This document shows positions 48,967 through 62,318 of a DNA stretch of 64,000 nt, one piece after another. The stretch lies in NCBI GenBank assembly GCA_030295235.1, contig AP026124.1, forward strand, positions 682,001 through 746,000. Reading direction: 5' to 3'. Numbering within the stretch: position 1 is the stretch's first letter; every line of letters starts with the position of its first letter. Origin of the DNA: Fistulifera solaris. Its lineage: Eukaryota. Under the pieces are notes generated by a model. That model searched no databases. It saw only the letters and a list, made by a program, of their open reading frames with translations, and was not told the DNA's origin. A program made the position numbers and the translations under genes.

Positions 48967-50152
48967 TCATTTCTATCAACTCGATGCAGTCCCTTGGCCT
49001 CGGTGAAAGCAGGTATATCTGTCGAATCTTCTCCTAAGGCTCCAGTTCACAAATACAAGTAAAGTCTTTCTCTTACTTTGACTGAAAATTGTGCTTCGTT
49101 GTTCGTCTAAGTTCTTCTCTCGTGCGTCAGAGCTTTAAGTCCTTTAGGGATTCGACTTGCCTCTTTCTTAACACTAGGATATTGCAGCTCTCAATACACA
49201 AAAGTCATAGCTGTTTACGAAAAGTAGCGTTTTTTTGTCGAACATTCTTACGGATCGTTCATCTCCAACATAGTCGATATTTTTATATTGGCCCAAGTAT
49301 AGGTTCTACAAAACCACGACTACATGTTAGCCATGAATCATGCATCACGATTTTTCCGAAATGAACTGCTACCTACCGAACCTCCTTTGGTTGTGCTATC
49401 GTGATAAGCTACACTTGCTAAATCTATTACGTGCATGTGATGGCCTTTAGCAGCATTCGCAATGCGCGTTTTTATAAAATTTTTGCCGAAAATCCTAATT
49501 GAACGTTCATGTCCAGGTTTTACCAATCAGAAAAGTATAGGTTCTCGCAGACAACGACTGGATTTCAGTCATGAATAACAACAGGTAGACACAATATCAT
49601 GTTCACTCAACCGAATGGATTCGACTTAATCAATTTTTATTGTTCGTATTAAATAGTCATATCCGTGATAAAACGTTCTGTTGCTTCAAGGCTACCGATT
49701 GCCAACCAGACAAAAGCCTTTCCTCTTTGAAAGCGGGCTTCGCCGAGGGTTGGAGATTTCAAAGCCACAAACGCCCTGCCTGTCACGTGCCGCGTCATTA
49801 GATCAATGTCGCAGGTGTCAAGATCACTCTAACTTATTATCTAGGATCCCTTTTCACGGTACTCACTATTGAAGTAAATGCTGCAAACAAGCCGAAGTAG
49901 AGATGATGGACGGACGAGTTTTGGTAGCAATTTCACGTACTTTAGAGTAGGTATCTTTTTCTGCGTTTTCTTGTCCCAACCTTGTCGTTCTGCGTTGCGA
50001 AATTATAAACTGAAACGAAAACGCGGAAGCTCTCCTCTTTGCTTTTGCATTCGAACATTCGCCTTTGTAGAATAGACCTTCGACCCTCCCGTCGGTGTAC
50101 GATAGCACTTTAGTCATTCTATTTGGCCCTAGGTTAAAAGAACAGCGAAATT

Positions 50153-51180
<1,028 letters not shown>

Positions 51181-51248
51181 GAAGCTTTGAACAATGACTA
51201 CATATAGTCGATGTGTATACCTAGACCTTGCATGATATTATCCTTATA

Positions 51249-52010
51249 GTTTGTATTTGGTCGTACAGAAAATTTTGTGCACGTTCCAGAAATTCTGGGA
51301 ACGGTGCATCTGGTCCTACAGAATTCTGCAGTACATTTCATCAATCAGAAATTCTGGAGAAGGTGTATTTGGTCTCACAGATATTCTGTCTGTCTTCCAG
51401 AATTGTGGATAGGGTGCTTTGCATCATCCAGAAATTCTGTGGATGTTCTAGAATTTCTGGACAAGGTGCTTTTGATCACACACAGTAATTGTGTGTACCT
51501 ATACGTCCCAGAGAATCACGCAAAATAACTTACTATTCTAATTAATTTTATTCCCTTATTTCCTAAAGTCAGAATGCAATTTTGACATTCGGACTGATTT
51601 TTTCGTTGTCCATTTTCATTTTCTCACAAATAGTTCAAGTTGGCTCTTTTCTGAGTAAGCTCTACTTAGTGCTAGTGGATGGCGAGTCCTGAACCCGTTT
51701 CCCAACGAGGGGGGGAATCTCCGTGGTGCTCCTTCTCTTGGATTCCGAAGAAGCATGCGAAGTGATCGGACCAGGGAAAGGCTCATTGCGAGCCCTAATG
51801 AACCCACACCACACTTTCTGTCTAATTTTCAGAAATTCTGGTTACGGTGTTTTGATCATTCGGAAATTGTTTAGATCGTACAAAAAATGTGTGTTCGCTC
51901 CAGCATTCCGGGAAAAGGAGAGTTTGGTCTTACAGCAGTTCTGGAAACGTTGATTTTTACTAACGGAAATACTTCGCACATTCTAGAAACCTTGGTCACG
52001 GTTTTTTGAT
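51249..52010. repeat. Degenerate ~52-bp tandem repeat with paired CAGAAnTTCTG palindromes, interrupted at ~51520-51815
   Basis: Five units at about 51249, 51301, 51361, 51411 and 51464, consensus GGTGYWTTTGRTCnnACAGAAATTCTGn..TTCCAGAAATTCTGG. More decayed copies at 51815-52010. Confidence 0.8.
51674..51815 (-). ncRNA. Candidate structured RNA of unknown family
   Basis: Hand folding gives five helices. Several mismatches become G-U pairs only on the minus strand. One helix is GNRA-capped. No family recognised. Confidence 0.3.
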
Positions 52011-52294
52011 TTGCTTGTCCCATCAACCAATAACGATCTTCATCGCACGCGCGCAAGCTACGGACATCGAACGCAACGGTACTACCTTAGTATCTAGGAG
52101 TTCACTCAAACAAAGAGTATAGAATAGCGCATCGATAACGAAAGGTCTATTATTCCCATATAATAGTTGCTTATTTCCTCCGTATTCCCAAATCAATACG
52201 CAGTTTCAGAACTGAAAATATTTGATCGCCGCGACTTGCAAGTTTAATTTGCGTGGTTTATAAAATTGTTCAAGCCAAGTCTCTCCGAATCCTC

Positions 52295-53319
52295 TCAATT
52301 AGAATCGGCAATAATTTCCCATCGCCGAGTCGATGACCTTGTACTCGCAGTCGAGGGTTTTCTTGCAATTTGTGTCCGACTAACGACATTATCCCATACA
52401 TTGTCTTCCAAGTACTCAATGACGCGATCTACAAACATGGGCCGAACTTGTGCATGAACATTGTTGTGGCTCATTCCTTCAATGTATAAAGGTCGTGCTT
52501 GACAACTCTTCGGCAATGCATCAAAAAGTCGTTCGGAATGATGAAAAGGTACAATCTGGTCGCTGGTTCCATGAATGAGAAGTGTCGGTGAATTGACCAT
52601 TGGGATAACATCCAGATTGGGGAACTTGTCGCCATACAGAGTGCAACCGGTATCAACAACTACTCGATACACCGATAAGAAAGGAGCATGTAAAATAAGT
52701 CCACCTACAGGACCGTCATTACTTCCATATTCGGCGTCTTCTTTCGATTTCATCGCTGTTTGTGCTGCTAAATGACAAGAGGGACCCGACCCCAGTGAGC
52801 GTCCATAGAGCACAATGTTTTGAGCTGGTATTCCGAGGGTATTTCTCAAATAATCATACGCGGCCTCAATATCGGCGTAGCAATGTTCTTCTGATGGCGG
52901 ACCTTGATTGTAAAGCGAAAGAAGTACGTTAGCGGGTGCACTAGAGAGGCTGGTCTCTCGTGAAAGACAAATGAAAGGAACTCACCATGCTTCATCCCCA
53001 TGCCATAGCCAGAATAATCATAAGCAAATAGATTCACTTGCAGCATTTTGCTCAGAAATTTACACCATGGGTAGATTGAACCTAGATCTTCCGCGTTCGC
53101 ATGCGAGTATAATATTGTTATTCCTTCATCTGGATGCGAATCTTTTATTTCTTCCGCTGACAAACTCCGACAACTCTCCACGCCAGCTTGCCGCCTGTAG
53201 GAAATGTAAAATCCAGGGATCCTTGAACCTCTTCTCGTGTTCAGCCAAACAATTTTATGTTCTTTCAGCTTCGACGGCGGAGGAGGCTGAAACAATAAAG
53301 AGCTTACAGTATCACCCAT
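52295..53319 (-). CDS. ABHD17: ABHD17-like alpha/beta hydrolase (protein depalmitoylase family)
   Basis: LLFQPP, ILYSHANAEDLG, YDYSGYG, LYGRSLGSGP, IHGTSDQIVP..H, HNN. Intron 52903-52985, frameshift near 52850. Confidence 0.92.
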
Positions 53320-54446
53320 TGTGCAATCGCTGTTATGCAATTATGTGAATCAAGAACTGTCCGATTTGTATGCGGAGGCCTGCCTTGTGCAAATTAATAA
53401 TAGGTGTCTGTTCGGATGATAATTTCAGAGCTGCTACGAACGCTACTAAATTTAAGGAATACAGCTTCAATTGGTTGTCAAGTCAACCACAGCAATCTGT
53501 AAAAATCAGGCGAACCGTTGGTTATTATTCAGCCCGCAATTCGACTCCAGTGACCTGCTACGTTTGCAATGAGAGTGACAGAGAGAGAGGAGTTGGGACT
53601 TCGAAAACGAAAAAGTACGCCAAAAATAGTTGGCCAACGGGTGCTGTTGGGCTCGTGGATTTCCTACGTATCATTCTAGTCCGTTGAAGGTAAATTCAAT
53701 GAGAACGATGGCGTAAGTACTTCGCGCATGCCGTCCCGTCGAGTTTCAGATTAAAGGAAGCCGGCAACAGAAGAGTGTGTGGCTTCCGTTATCCGTTCAC
53801 TCCGTAAATTTTCAACGCCTAAGTAAGAAATTTGAAAACGACGAACGCTCCATGGCGTGACAGCCCAGTATGGAATGCAATGTACATAGGGCCGTCTAAG
53901 CATTTTGAAATTATAGGAAGCGCGCATCTGACATTACACTGTGTAGGAATAAGTCGGATACCTTTTATGCGAGTAGCTTGTAACCTTAGTGTATGCTAAC
54001 GAGAGAGACTTCAGGATTCAGGAAGTAGGAAGGTCTTGAGCTAGAGCGGCAACGCACCCTAGCTCTCAAGGCAGGAGAAGGCTACAGAACATTTGCTGCT
54101 AACGACTTACCTATCATTTCAATGATCCAGCTTCTAAGAATAAGTAGAAGCGCTTCATAAAGTCAACAAGATTTTCTTCAAGAGGTTAGGAGAACTTGTC
54201 ATTGCCAAGCCGCCTTTCCCCTGAGTGCCCAGAAAGTCCCGCCATCTAGGTTATCGTGAACAGCGCATGATCCGCCTCTTAGCAGAGAACATATACAATC
54301 ACTCGTAACTACTACACGAATCTTGCTTTATTTTACTGGTCTCGTACCATCCATATTCTAATAAAATTACCTCGAGACTGACTCGCTACGTCAACCGAAG
54401 AACAGGCAGTGTACACCAGATTGAAGAAAAATTGCCAGCAACACAT

Positions 54447-54911
54447 CTATCTCTTGGAATCCAAACCTTTCTTTGCCTTCGCTTTGCTCTTGCTGGATGG
54501 AATGTCGGCATCGTAGGAGTAGCTAGACAAGAATGATTTTGCTTCGGCTGTTTGCTCGGCTTCAGTCTGTAACTTATAGCCCTCGGACTCGAGTCGATTG
54601 TTTGTTTTTAATGCTTGTTCATTCAACGCATATGTCGCTGCTGATGGATTATCGCCACCAACGTTGCGTCGCTCGTATGCATTGACTGGAGCGACGCCGA
54701 ACAAAACATTGTTGCGGCGACAGAGCAGGCACGAACAACCATTTCCAGCAGAGTCATGCAAGTCTACGTTGAAGGAGCTACCGATGGCAAAAGCTGGCGT
54801 TGCGACTGCCCATTTTTGTAAGAAATATCTTCTCGAGGAATGTTGCTCGGTCGAAAGAGCCACCGCACTCGCACATATCCCAAACGGAACCAAAACAGTT
54901 TCTGCCCTCAT
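54447..54911 (-). CDS. Hypothetical protein, probably plastid/thylakoid-lumen targeted
   Basis: Signal peptide ending SAVA|L, twin-arginine SRRYFL, AxA-type site PVNA|YERR. Confidence 0.65.
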   Translation of the reverse strand: MRAETVLVPFGICASAVALSTEQHSSRRYFLQKWAVATPAFAIGSSFNVDLHDSAGNGCSCLLCRRNNVLFGVAPVNAYERRNVGGDNPSAATYALNEQALKTNNRLESEGYKLQTEAEQTAEAKSFLSSYSYDADIPSSKSKAKAKKGLDSKR

Positions 54912-55405
54912 GCCTCACCTGCAATTCAAAAGAGATTATAATACGTTTGTATTGAACCGAACTCCAATTGAGGATGTCCGCCATCAATTTCTAATTACGC
55001 AGCACGACGACCATGGACCATAATGAACACTCATCCAATCTGTCACGTGACGCAGATTTTTCTCCCCCCTGCCACTGCCTGGCCACTGCCAAACGTTTTA
55101 TTCACGTTTCACCATGGTCGTCTGTTCTCATCCGTTTTCATTTACTCTCACTCTAAATAATTACTACAGTAATGACAAGTGTCAAGTACCGGACGACATC
55201 CATTTGAAGTTTGAACTCAGCGACTCTGCCTACAGCCTACACTGTGATGCTGAGTAATAGGGCAGTCGACAAACGACCAAAAAAGACCAAAGACATCGCT
55301 TGTTTGAGGCAAATGACAAACAAAAACCATCACTCAGCAACCTCCAAAGACCTTTTCTAAATTGTTACCTGGTACATCTACGCCGCCTCAGTCAACAGTC
55401 CTGGA

Positions 55406-56124
55406 ATGATGAGTGACAGCGCAGAGTCTTCGGGTTCCACTCCCGCTACACTTTCCGGAACAATTGAATCCCTTCGCCTTCACGCGTCCTCATGGATGGC
55501 AAAATGCAGAGTCGCGTGCGCATCGAGACGCTTCGCCCGCTACCAGAGTTCCTTGGCATTGATCCTGCTGCAGGCTTTTGCTTGTCGCCTGGGGCGTTTA
55601 CTCCTCCAGTAAGAAAAGTCGACAAGGGAAGTCCTGAAAAGGTGCAGAGTCGTATGAAGTTGAACTTGGCCTTTTTCTTGACAAACTATGTTGTGATTGC
55701 GGCAATGACTGCTGTCGTTGTAGCCCTCATGCATCCGGGTATGATATTCTTCGTCGGGATGGTTTATGGGTTGTGGATGCTTCATGCCTACATGATCCGT
55801 CATGAAATTGTTCTTGGCGGGGTTCGTTTGCACTCTTTGGTATCCGTCCAGCATCGATTTTATGGTCTCTTCGCGTTAACTATTCTCGTGATCATCTGGA
55901 AATGCCTGATTCCTACCTTGATTTTTGTCGCGATCTCTGGCCTGCTTATTCTGATGCATGCGTTTATGCGTGATCCGAAACAGATAGAGATGCTCGACAG
56001 ATCCAGAGCTGAAAGCGAGGATGACTACGATGCAATGGAAGGAGGAAAGAATGAAAACAACAACTACCCAAAAGAATCACAAGGATTAACCAATCGTTCT
56101 CAAGGAAGAAGTGACGCTGACTAA
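55406..56124 (+). CDS. PRA1: PRA1 (prenylated Rab acceptor) family protein
   Basis: LRPLPEF, SRMKLNLAFFLTNY, two long hydrophobic hairpins, HAFMR. Frameshift in the A-run near 55502. Confidence 0.88.
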
Positions 56125-56728
56125 TTCATTGTTTGTGCGGCTTGGTCCTGTAAATCTCCACCATAATTATCATGTCTTGTATTCCTAAAAAACTTTCTGT
56201 GATTATCTTAAAAAATTAAAAACGAGAATTTTCATTGTCAGCCTAAGCTTGAAATTCGGATTTGTGCCGAGCCAGCTCGTACTTCATTATTTCGTCTAGT
56301 CTAGAGGAGTAGAGACAACAAACCTTGATGAGAAAGGAACGGGGAGAGCCGCACATCCGCAAACCAACCTCTATGGAGAAAAGCTTATCGAATACTTCAG
56401 GGCGGGGAGCTGGAGGTGAAAGGAAAGTTCAGTATTGATTGCTAGGAACTAGGACGCATGACGTAAGTCGGATCGACGTTGAGACGAAAATCCGGGAAGG
56501 ACGTTAAAATTCTGCCTCTCAATACAAGATTCTACGTAGCGTCTACGACGAGGCAGAATTTTAACGCCGTTCCCCGGACTAAAAATTATAACGGTACCTG
56601 GTACGGTATCGTACCGTTGTGACTTGACACGTTTTATCGTAGCGAGTACCAGGTAGCATGGAAGGACGACTGCATTCAAACTTCGTCGACTCGCAGAGTT
56701 TTCAATCCTATTAAAAATTCTGATAAAG

Positions 56729-57448
56729 ATGAACCTAGCATCTCCAGCACCTCGTGTTGAACCTGCAACGGCAGCCGATGTCAAACACGAAGAACCCGCC
56801 ACGGCGCGAAGGGCTGAACCATGCGAACCTGCGATTGCAACGCCTGCCCCTATCGTAGAACCTGCTGGACTATCTCCCGAAGTATTGCATGCAATAAAAG
56901 AAACAAGGAATGGTAGTACGTCCACACTGACAGTTGAGATGCTGCGAGGGGATCAGGGAGCTGACTTGGAATGTTACGCAGCAGTCTTTCGCGGAGCCCC
57001 ACCGAAGAATATTTTGAAAGTTCTTCTCCCATGTATTTATGACGAACGAGATTTCGTTTCTTACAACGAAGTGAAAAAATACATTGTCATTCAATCTGAA
57101 ACCTGCTTCGTTTATATGGAAGAAAAAGACCCTTTTCCTCTCTACGCAATTTCACTCGATAAGTTCGTTGCTATTCTGGAAGACCCCGATCGACCCGACA
57201 AAGGCAGCGCTACAATATCCCCTGTACCTGGAACCAATAGGTCTCGTGATGGAATGGTAACTGTTCTCTTGAAATACCCGGATACAGGAAACCAAGCCTA
57301 TCAATTTACATTTGACACGAAAGCTCTTGACAAATCATTCCCGAAACTTTTCATCGAATTGGTTTCACGAAGCCAGCAACAAAGCGAGAAAGTTTTCACA
57401 GAGACTACTGAACAAGTCGAGACGCCAGACCAGCTTTATGGAGTTTAA
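56729..57448 (+). CDS. Hypothetical protein with possible PH-like domain
   Basis: 239-aa ORF. KKYIVIQSETCFVY...PLYAISL...YQFTF then a C-terminal helix. Confidence 0.6.
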   Translation: MNLASPAPRVEPATAADVKHEEPATARRAEPCEPAIATPAPIVEPAGLSPEVLHAIKETRNGSTSTLTVEMLRGDQGADLECYAAVFRGAPPKNILKVLLPCIYDERDFVSYNEVKKYIVIQSETCFVYMEEKDPFPLYAISLDKFVAILEDPDRPDKGSATISPVPGTNRSRDGMVTVLLKYPDTGNQAYQFTFDTKALDKSFPKLFIELVSRSQQQSEKVFTETTEQVETPDQLYGV

Positions 57449-58267
57449 CAATCCTCATATAACTTATGCTAAGCTGTTAGTGTTGTGCATCTACAGCCAC
57501 ACTGATGTGGAAAAGGTGGTTTCTTAAAAACGAGGGAAAGGAATGAGATTTAATATCATAATAAATTCTCGTCACATGGGGTATGGGGGCCTGAGTACAG
57601 GTTCATACTTAGCCATGAGCCATGACCGATGTATGATGTTGTTTATGTCCAATAAGTAGCATTGACTTCGGCGTTTCGAGATAGATCTTTTCTACTAGGA
57701 AAGAAGATGCGTTTGACCAAACATGATCTATCCAAGCCAGACTGCAGTTAAAACTACCTTGAAAAGTCAAAACTGATTTTAACATGATATAGTTATCGTT
57801 AGCGGCACTTGCATTGCACGCTTCAAAACTTATACGTCGGAAATTTTTTGGAACCTTACGAATAAAATGTATGGAGTAGAATGTAGGCGGCTTTCTACCG
57901 TGACTGCTTTCAATATTTCAGTCGTGATTATTTTTCCTTTAGTTTGACTGACGGAATTGGCTTAACAATCCAAAACCGTTACTTTCCTCTGTCGGTTTGG
58001 CAAGGCACGAGAATAAGGCGCACCCTTCACCATGATGCTCATTGCCCTCAACGGTCGCTTGTAACTTCCGTCTTTCTTGAGTCAAGTTACTTGCGTGTAC
58101 GATCGCTTCAACACGACAGTGACTCACTTCCACCAAAAGAGATTTTGGGAATCAGCACTTGTAACGCGCGCAACTTTAATTTAAAAACCATCTACCATGA
58201 AAGAACGTCACACAGCGAACGCGTCTAATCACCCAAACGTTAGGAGCCTTGCTCAAGAGATCACAGC

Positions 58268-60322
58268 TTGGTACCTCTCACAAATCGACGAACGAGCTCC
58301 TCATTCGGAGAATGTTCGGAACTTTTGAGAACTCCCGTTATTGCAGTGACTGATCTCATCTTGACAAATGATGGAGAAGGCGACAACCCTCACGCAACCG
58401 CAACTGCTGCTAGCGATAATGAATCTTCTTCACACAGCGTCCCGAGTCCAGACTGGAAGCAATACCTGGAGAAAGCAGAACATCAAGGGATACTTCACAG
58501 CAACCCGGGCGATTACGAAAGGCTTTCTAAGCGAACCAAAGCGAGATTAGAGGCATTCATACTTGGCGTAGCGATAGCTATGCCCGCGTCCTCGGCGAAC
58601 GACACGGGGAATACTGAATCAAAATCCCAAAAAGATAGCAGTTTCGCAGGTTCCATCAATGCGAGAAAAGGACAGGATACTAGCAAACAATCTCCTTTCT
58701 CTCTAATTGACGGTTTGGCCAGTTTTCGTCCTTTTAAGAAGAGTCAATCGAGTTCTTTGATGCGATCCATTTCGTCATCGAGTTCCACAATGACACGAAA
58801 ACACCCACAAATCCTAGAAAGTGATCTAGTCACTCGACTTGAGTTATATCTACGGACCCTATACCGTGTGCAGTCGCTGAAGCAAGAATGCGTCGTCAGT
58901 GCGGAGCCAGTGCGGGCGGTCAAAGCGCGAGCCAATGCTATTGTGGCCGCGTTCATTGAAACTGTGTCTACGGTTCGACAACAAGGTCCTGTGTTGACTC
59001 GTCTTCTAAGCTGCATGACGAAGGAAGTTATAGCCGTGGAAATACTCTCCGAAGGCCTTGAGCGTGTGATTCGTCGGATTGTTTCGGAATATGAACACGC
59101 TACATCATTTGCATCTCTCGCATTCCTTTCGAGTCCCGAGAATGCCGCGGAACGCAAATTGACTCCTCTGATTTTGGATTATTTGCGCTACCTGCGTGTC
59201 AATTGGCAAAACGCAGAAGCATCTTGTGAACTTGAGGAGATGCTACGAAATTGTATGGACCCTCAAATGCGTAGGACGTTCAAGACGGTTGAATTTCGCT
59301 CCATCGGTCATTTGCTAGAAGTGTGCCAAAGCTTCCGATCTGAATTACAGCAAATCCAAATACGACCTAGTCGACAGTTTCGATCCGTGGTAAAAACGAA
59401 TGGCGGGGAAGAAACCGCTTCCACGAAGGATGCCTTGCGACAAGCGATACGTGACCTCAATCGCGAGGTGATTACAATAAACGGGCATGTTTTACCACCT
59501 GCGACCAGTTACGAGCAACTGAGCTATTTACTTTCTCAGACTTTGAACTCACAAGCCCTTACTAGCACCTTTGCATCCAAAAAGCCGACACGTCGAAAGA
59601 AAAGTAAGAAAGAACGCCGACTCAATGGGGACCACGTATCTGACTTGTCGGAGTCAGGAAATGAAACCAATAATTCCATTGGCGACGATTCGGCTAAATC
59701 GACATCGGACGGGCGGAGTTCGACGGGGCATCGGAGTTTTAGACCATCGACAATCGATTATCTTTCGAAGCGCCTAGTTTTGGCAGCTAGTCGTACAGGT
59801 ACAGGTGAGATCGTAAATGAACGTTGCGGTTTTTTTGTAACGGGTCGTTGTTACTAAACCGTGCTGCACTGTTGTTTTGAATTGTTCACGAAAGGTGGCG
59901 ATGCGTTCTTCGTAGTTAGAGATTTGTTCGGAGGGGAGAATGTGGAGGTCGTTCCGTCTTCGCCCGCAAATTTACTTGTTGAATCTTCGAGGCGCCGCGA
60001 GTCAATAGAAATAATTGTTCGATTAGCGAGTATCATCATTAGATGTCACGGTTCTTTTGACGTGTACCCGAAAGCTCTCGTCGGCTGCTGCGAACCTCTT
60101 ATTCAAGTACACACTACTACTTCGGAAAGAATTTCATTGAAGGAGTCAAGAGCTCCAGGAGTTGCGCGCAACGATAGCAAGACTGACGAATCCGACGAGG
60201 AAGGCGAAAATAGAGCACATATGGTAGTGCAGGAGCTTATGACTGACAAGTCGGGCTGGCGTACGCTATCAGTCCGACCAGCTCTTTACGAGAAAATTGA
60301 AGTGTTAACCACACCTAGTTAG
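58268..60322 (+). CDS. Hypothetical protein, start uncertain
   Basis: 529-codon ORF joined through a GT-AG intron (~59805-59894) to ORF 59861-60322, giving ASRTGTGGDAFFVV. Confidence 0.75.
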
Positions 60323-60685
60323 ATACATTAACTATCCCTTTAGCTCTACGCGACTACAACGCTAGAAATAAATCATTTTTGCTTCTAAACTCAACGTCTT
60401 TACGACGCTAGCTGTTTCCTCTACGTTTCTTTGACTCAAACGTTCCTTTTGAAACGAACATGTTTGCATGTCCCGGTACTGGTTCGTTAGGCTTTTCACG
60501 CCAGGCGCGTATGTGCATCACAATTGAAAATTCAAAAATCATTGTGAAGCTGTTTCACAAACGCTCAAAGAAAAATGTGCATGTGCATCCAATGCAGATG
60601 TTGCACCAAAACACCTCAGTTCAAGGGACCCCTCATTGGAACAGTAAAGACTCTTGTCACTCCATATTAAATAGCGCTTACGATA

Positions 60686-62202
60686 ATGAATGCATTGATT
60701 CATGTTGTTGTGGTGTTGCTTATAGCACCGTGTTTCTCACGCAATTACGTGTCTCTACGTGGGTTGAGTTTCCAAAGCCAGAGAGTTGTTTCGACAGCTT
60801 GCCGGAAAATTCGAAGTAAGCCGTATCGAGGGAGACTTGACCTTCTGTTCATTTATGTCATTCAATACAGGTTGGAAGCAAGATTCGACTTGTCGGCTAT
60901 CAATGCTGCAATATCAAGCCATCTGATCTCAGTCCTCGACGACTGTGACGTAAACGACGAACCGAAATTCGCCACTGAAATTGACCCCAGCAGTCATTCC
61001 TTACTGACGAAGCAAGGTAAACACATTTTTTGCGTCCACCATGTGTACTTTTTGAACATAAAGTGGCCTGACTTCTTCCCCTCCTTTCAGATGGTTACTG
61101 CGAGTCTCCCAAATCAGACGAGGTCCAGTGTGCCGAGATTCGAGGAAGAGTGTCGGTATATTTTGACGACAACGCAGCAGCCATTGAAGAGCGATCTATG
61201 TCCGTTATCCAATCGCTACTTGATGACACGTATTTGCTGGAGCAGTTGAGCGGATTATCCTTTCTCAATTCATTCTTTGTGCGATCTCTGGGTGAAAATC
61301 TGGTTGTATTTGATGACGGACATGGCGAGACCGAGGAGAATATGGAAACGGACAGCGCCGACATAGTCATTGCAGCTACTGTGATATCTTTTGTCGTGAC
61401 CGTTATGGTTGTATACGGTTTGTACCGTCGCCGCCAACCGGCTAGCCGTTTCGGATTTCTCTCCGTGAAACACGCAGTGGCTCATTTGTACAACAGACGG
61501 CGACAGTTCTTTGAAGATCTGGCAGATGACGAAGAACATGAACCCAGTTGGATGGCAACTTCGCCGGAGAGCGCGATATACGAGCGCTGTCCTCCTCCGT
61601 CGATAACCTGGAGCGTATCTGACTTGACGAGTGACTCCCGTTCCATCCGTAGCATACTCCAGCTAGGTCGGATTGTAGAGGAAAACAACTCCGAAGAAAG
61701 TCTTACAAGCGGTAGAAATTACGAACCACCCAGTCAAATTTATCGGCATTTCGACCCAGCAGAACTCGATTTCATCCCCCAATGGAATGATGCAAGTTTC
61801 TCTATCCACTCTTCGTTTAGGGCAATTGACTCGACTGATTCATTTGACGACAGTATAGTGAATCGGTTTGGTTCTAACTCAATTGACGATTGTGGAGTCT
61901 TTCCTCTCCGGGGATGCCAGTTCGTACCGGACGCAAGTTTCGATGAAAGCTCCGCAAGTTCAAGCCATGCAAAGAATAATTGCTGCATGTCTCCCGATTC
62001 AACGTTGATAAATGAGAGGAATGATCAGTGCGAAGAATTTGACGACACGGACGTTCATATAGCAGATGACACAGTCAAATTGGAACGGGCCATTTTTTTC
62101 TCTGCTGCATTTCTAGTGCTCGACTTGAATTTCTTGCTTTGGTGGGCAAAGTTTTGCATCGATCTCAAGAGAGGACGCTCGGAGCCTCGGCTAAAACACT
62201 GA
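60686..62202 (+). CDS. Hypothetical secreted-pathway single-pass membrane protein (multi-exon)
   Basis: Signal-like N-terminus, donors at ~60816 and ~61016, acceptors at ~60870 and ~61090, TM IVIAATVISFVVTVMVVYGLY followed by RRR, acidic Ser-rich tail. Confidence 0.55.
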
Positions 62203-62318
62203 CTATCACCTAGAGATTAAGATAAAGATAGAGCTTAAGTTCCTTTTCGTATCGTGAAAGCCGTCTTACCAGGAATGCGTTTGATAAGATTGATAAGATG
62301 CTCATCGTGCAACACCAA

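Noticed and set aside
47030..50150. Small ORFs flanking CSN4 (47027-47763 and 49089-50117)
   Set aside because: Short, mostly non-ATG starts, no motifs; likely non-coding.
51284..51460. Canonical heat-shock element cluster
   Set aside because: GAA and TTC are mostly separated by one base rather than two, and the site is at the 3' ends of both neighbouring genes.
51249..51515. CRISPR array
   Set aside because: Repeats are degenerate and contiguous with no unique spacers. Eukaryotic context and no cas genes.
51650..51800. RNase P CR-I (GGAATCTCCGTG), TPP riboswitch, telomerase template (CCCTAA), 5S rRNA or HDV-like ribozyme
   Set aside because: Each matches only a short fragment; the required partner motifs are missing.
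53973..54290. SRP RNA (GCTTGTAACC Alu-like motif) or RNase MRP (GAAAGTCCC)
   Set aside because: No helix-8 CAGG..GNRA..AGCAG motif and no complementary 3' P4 strand found.
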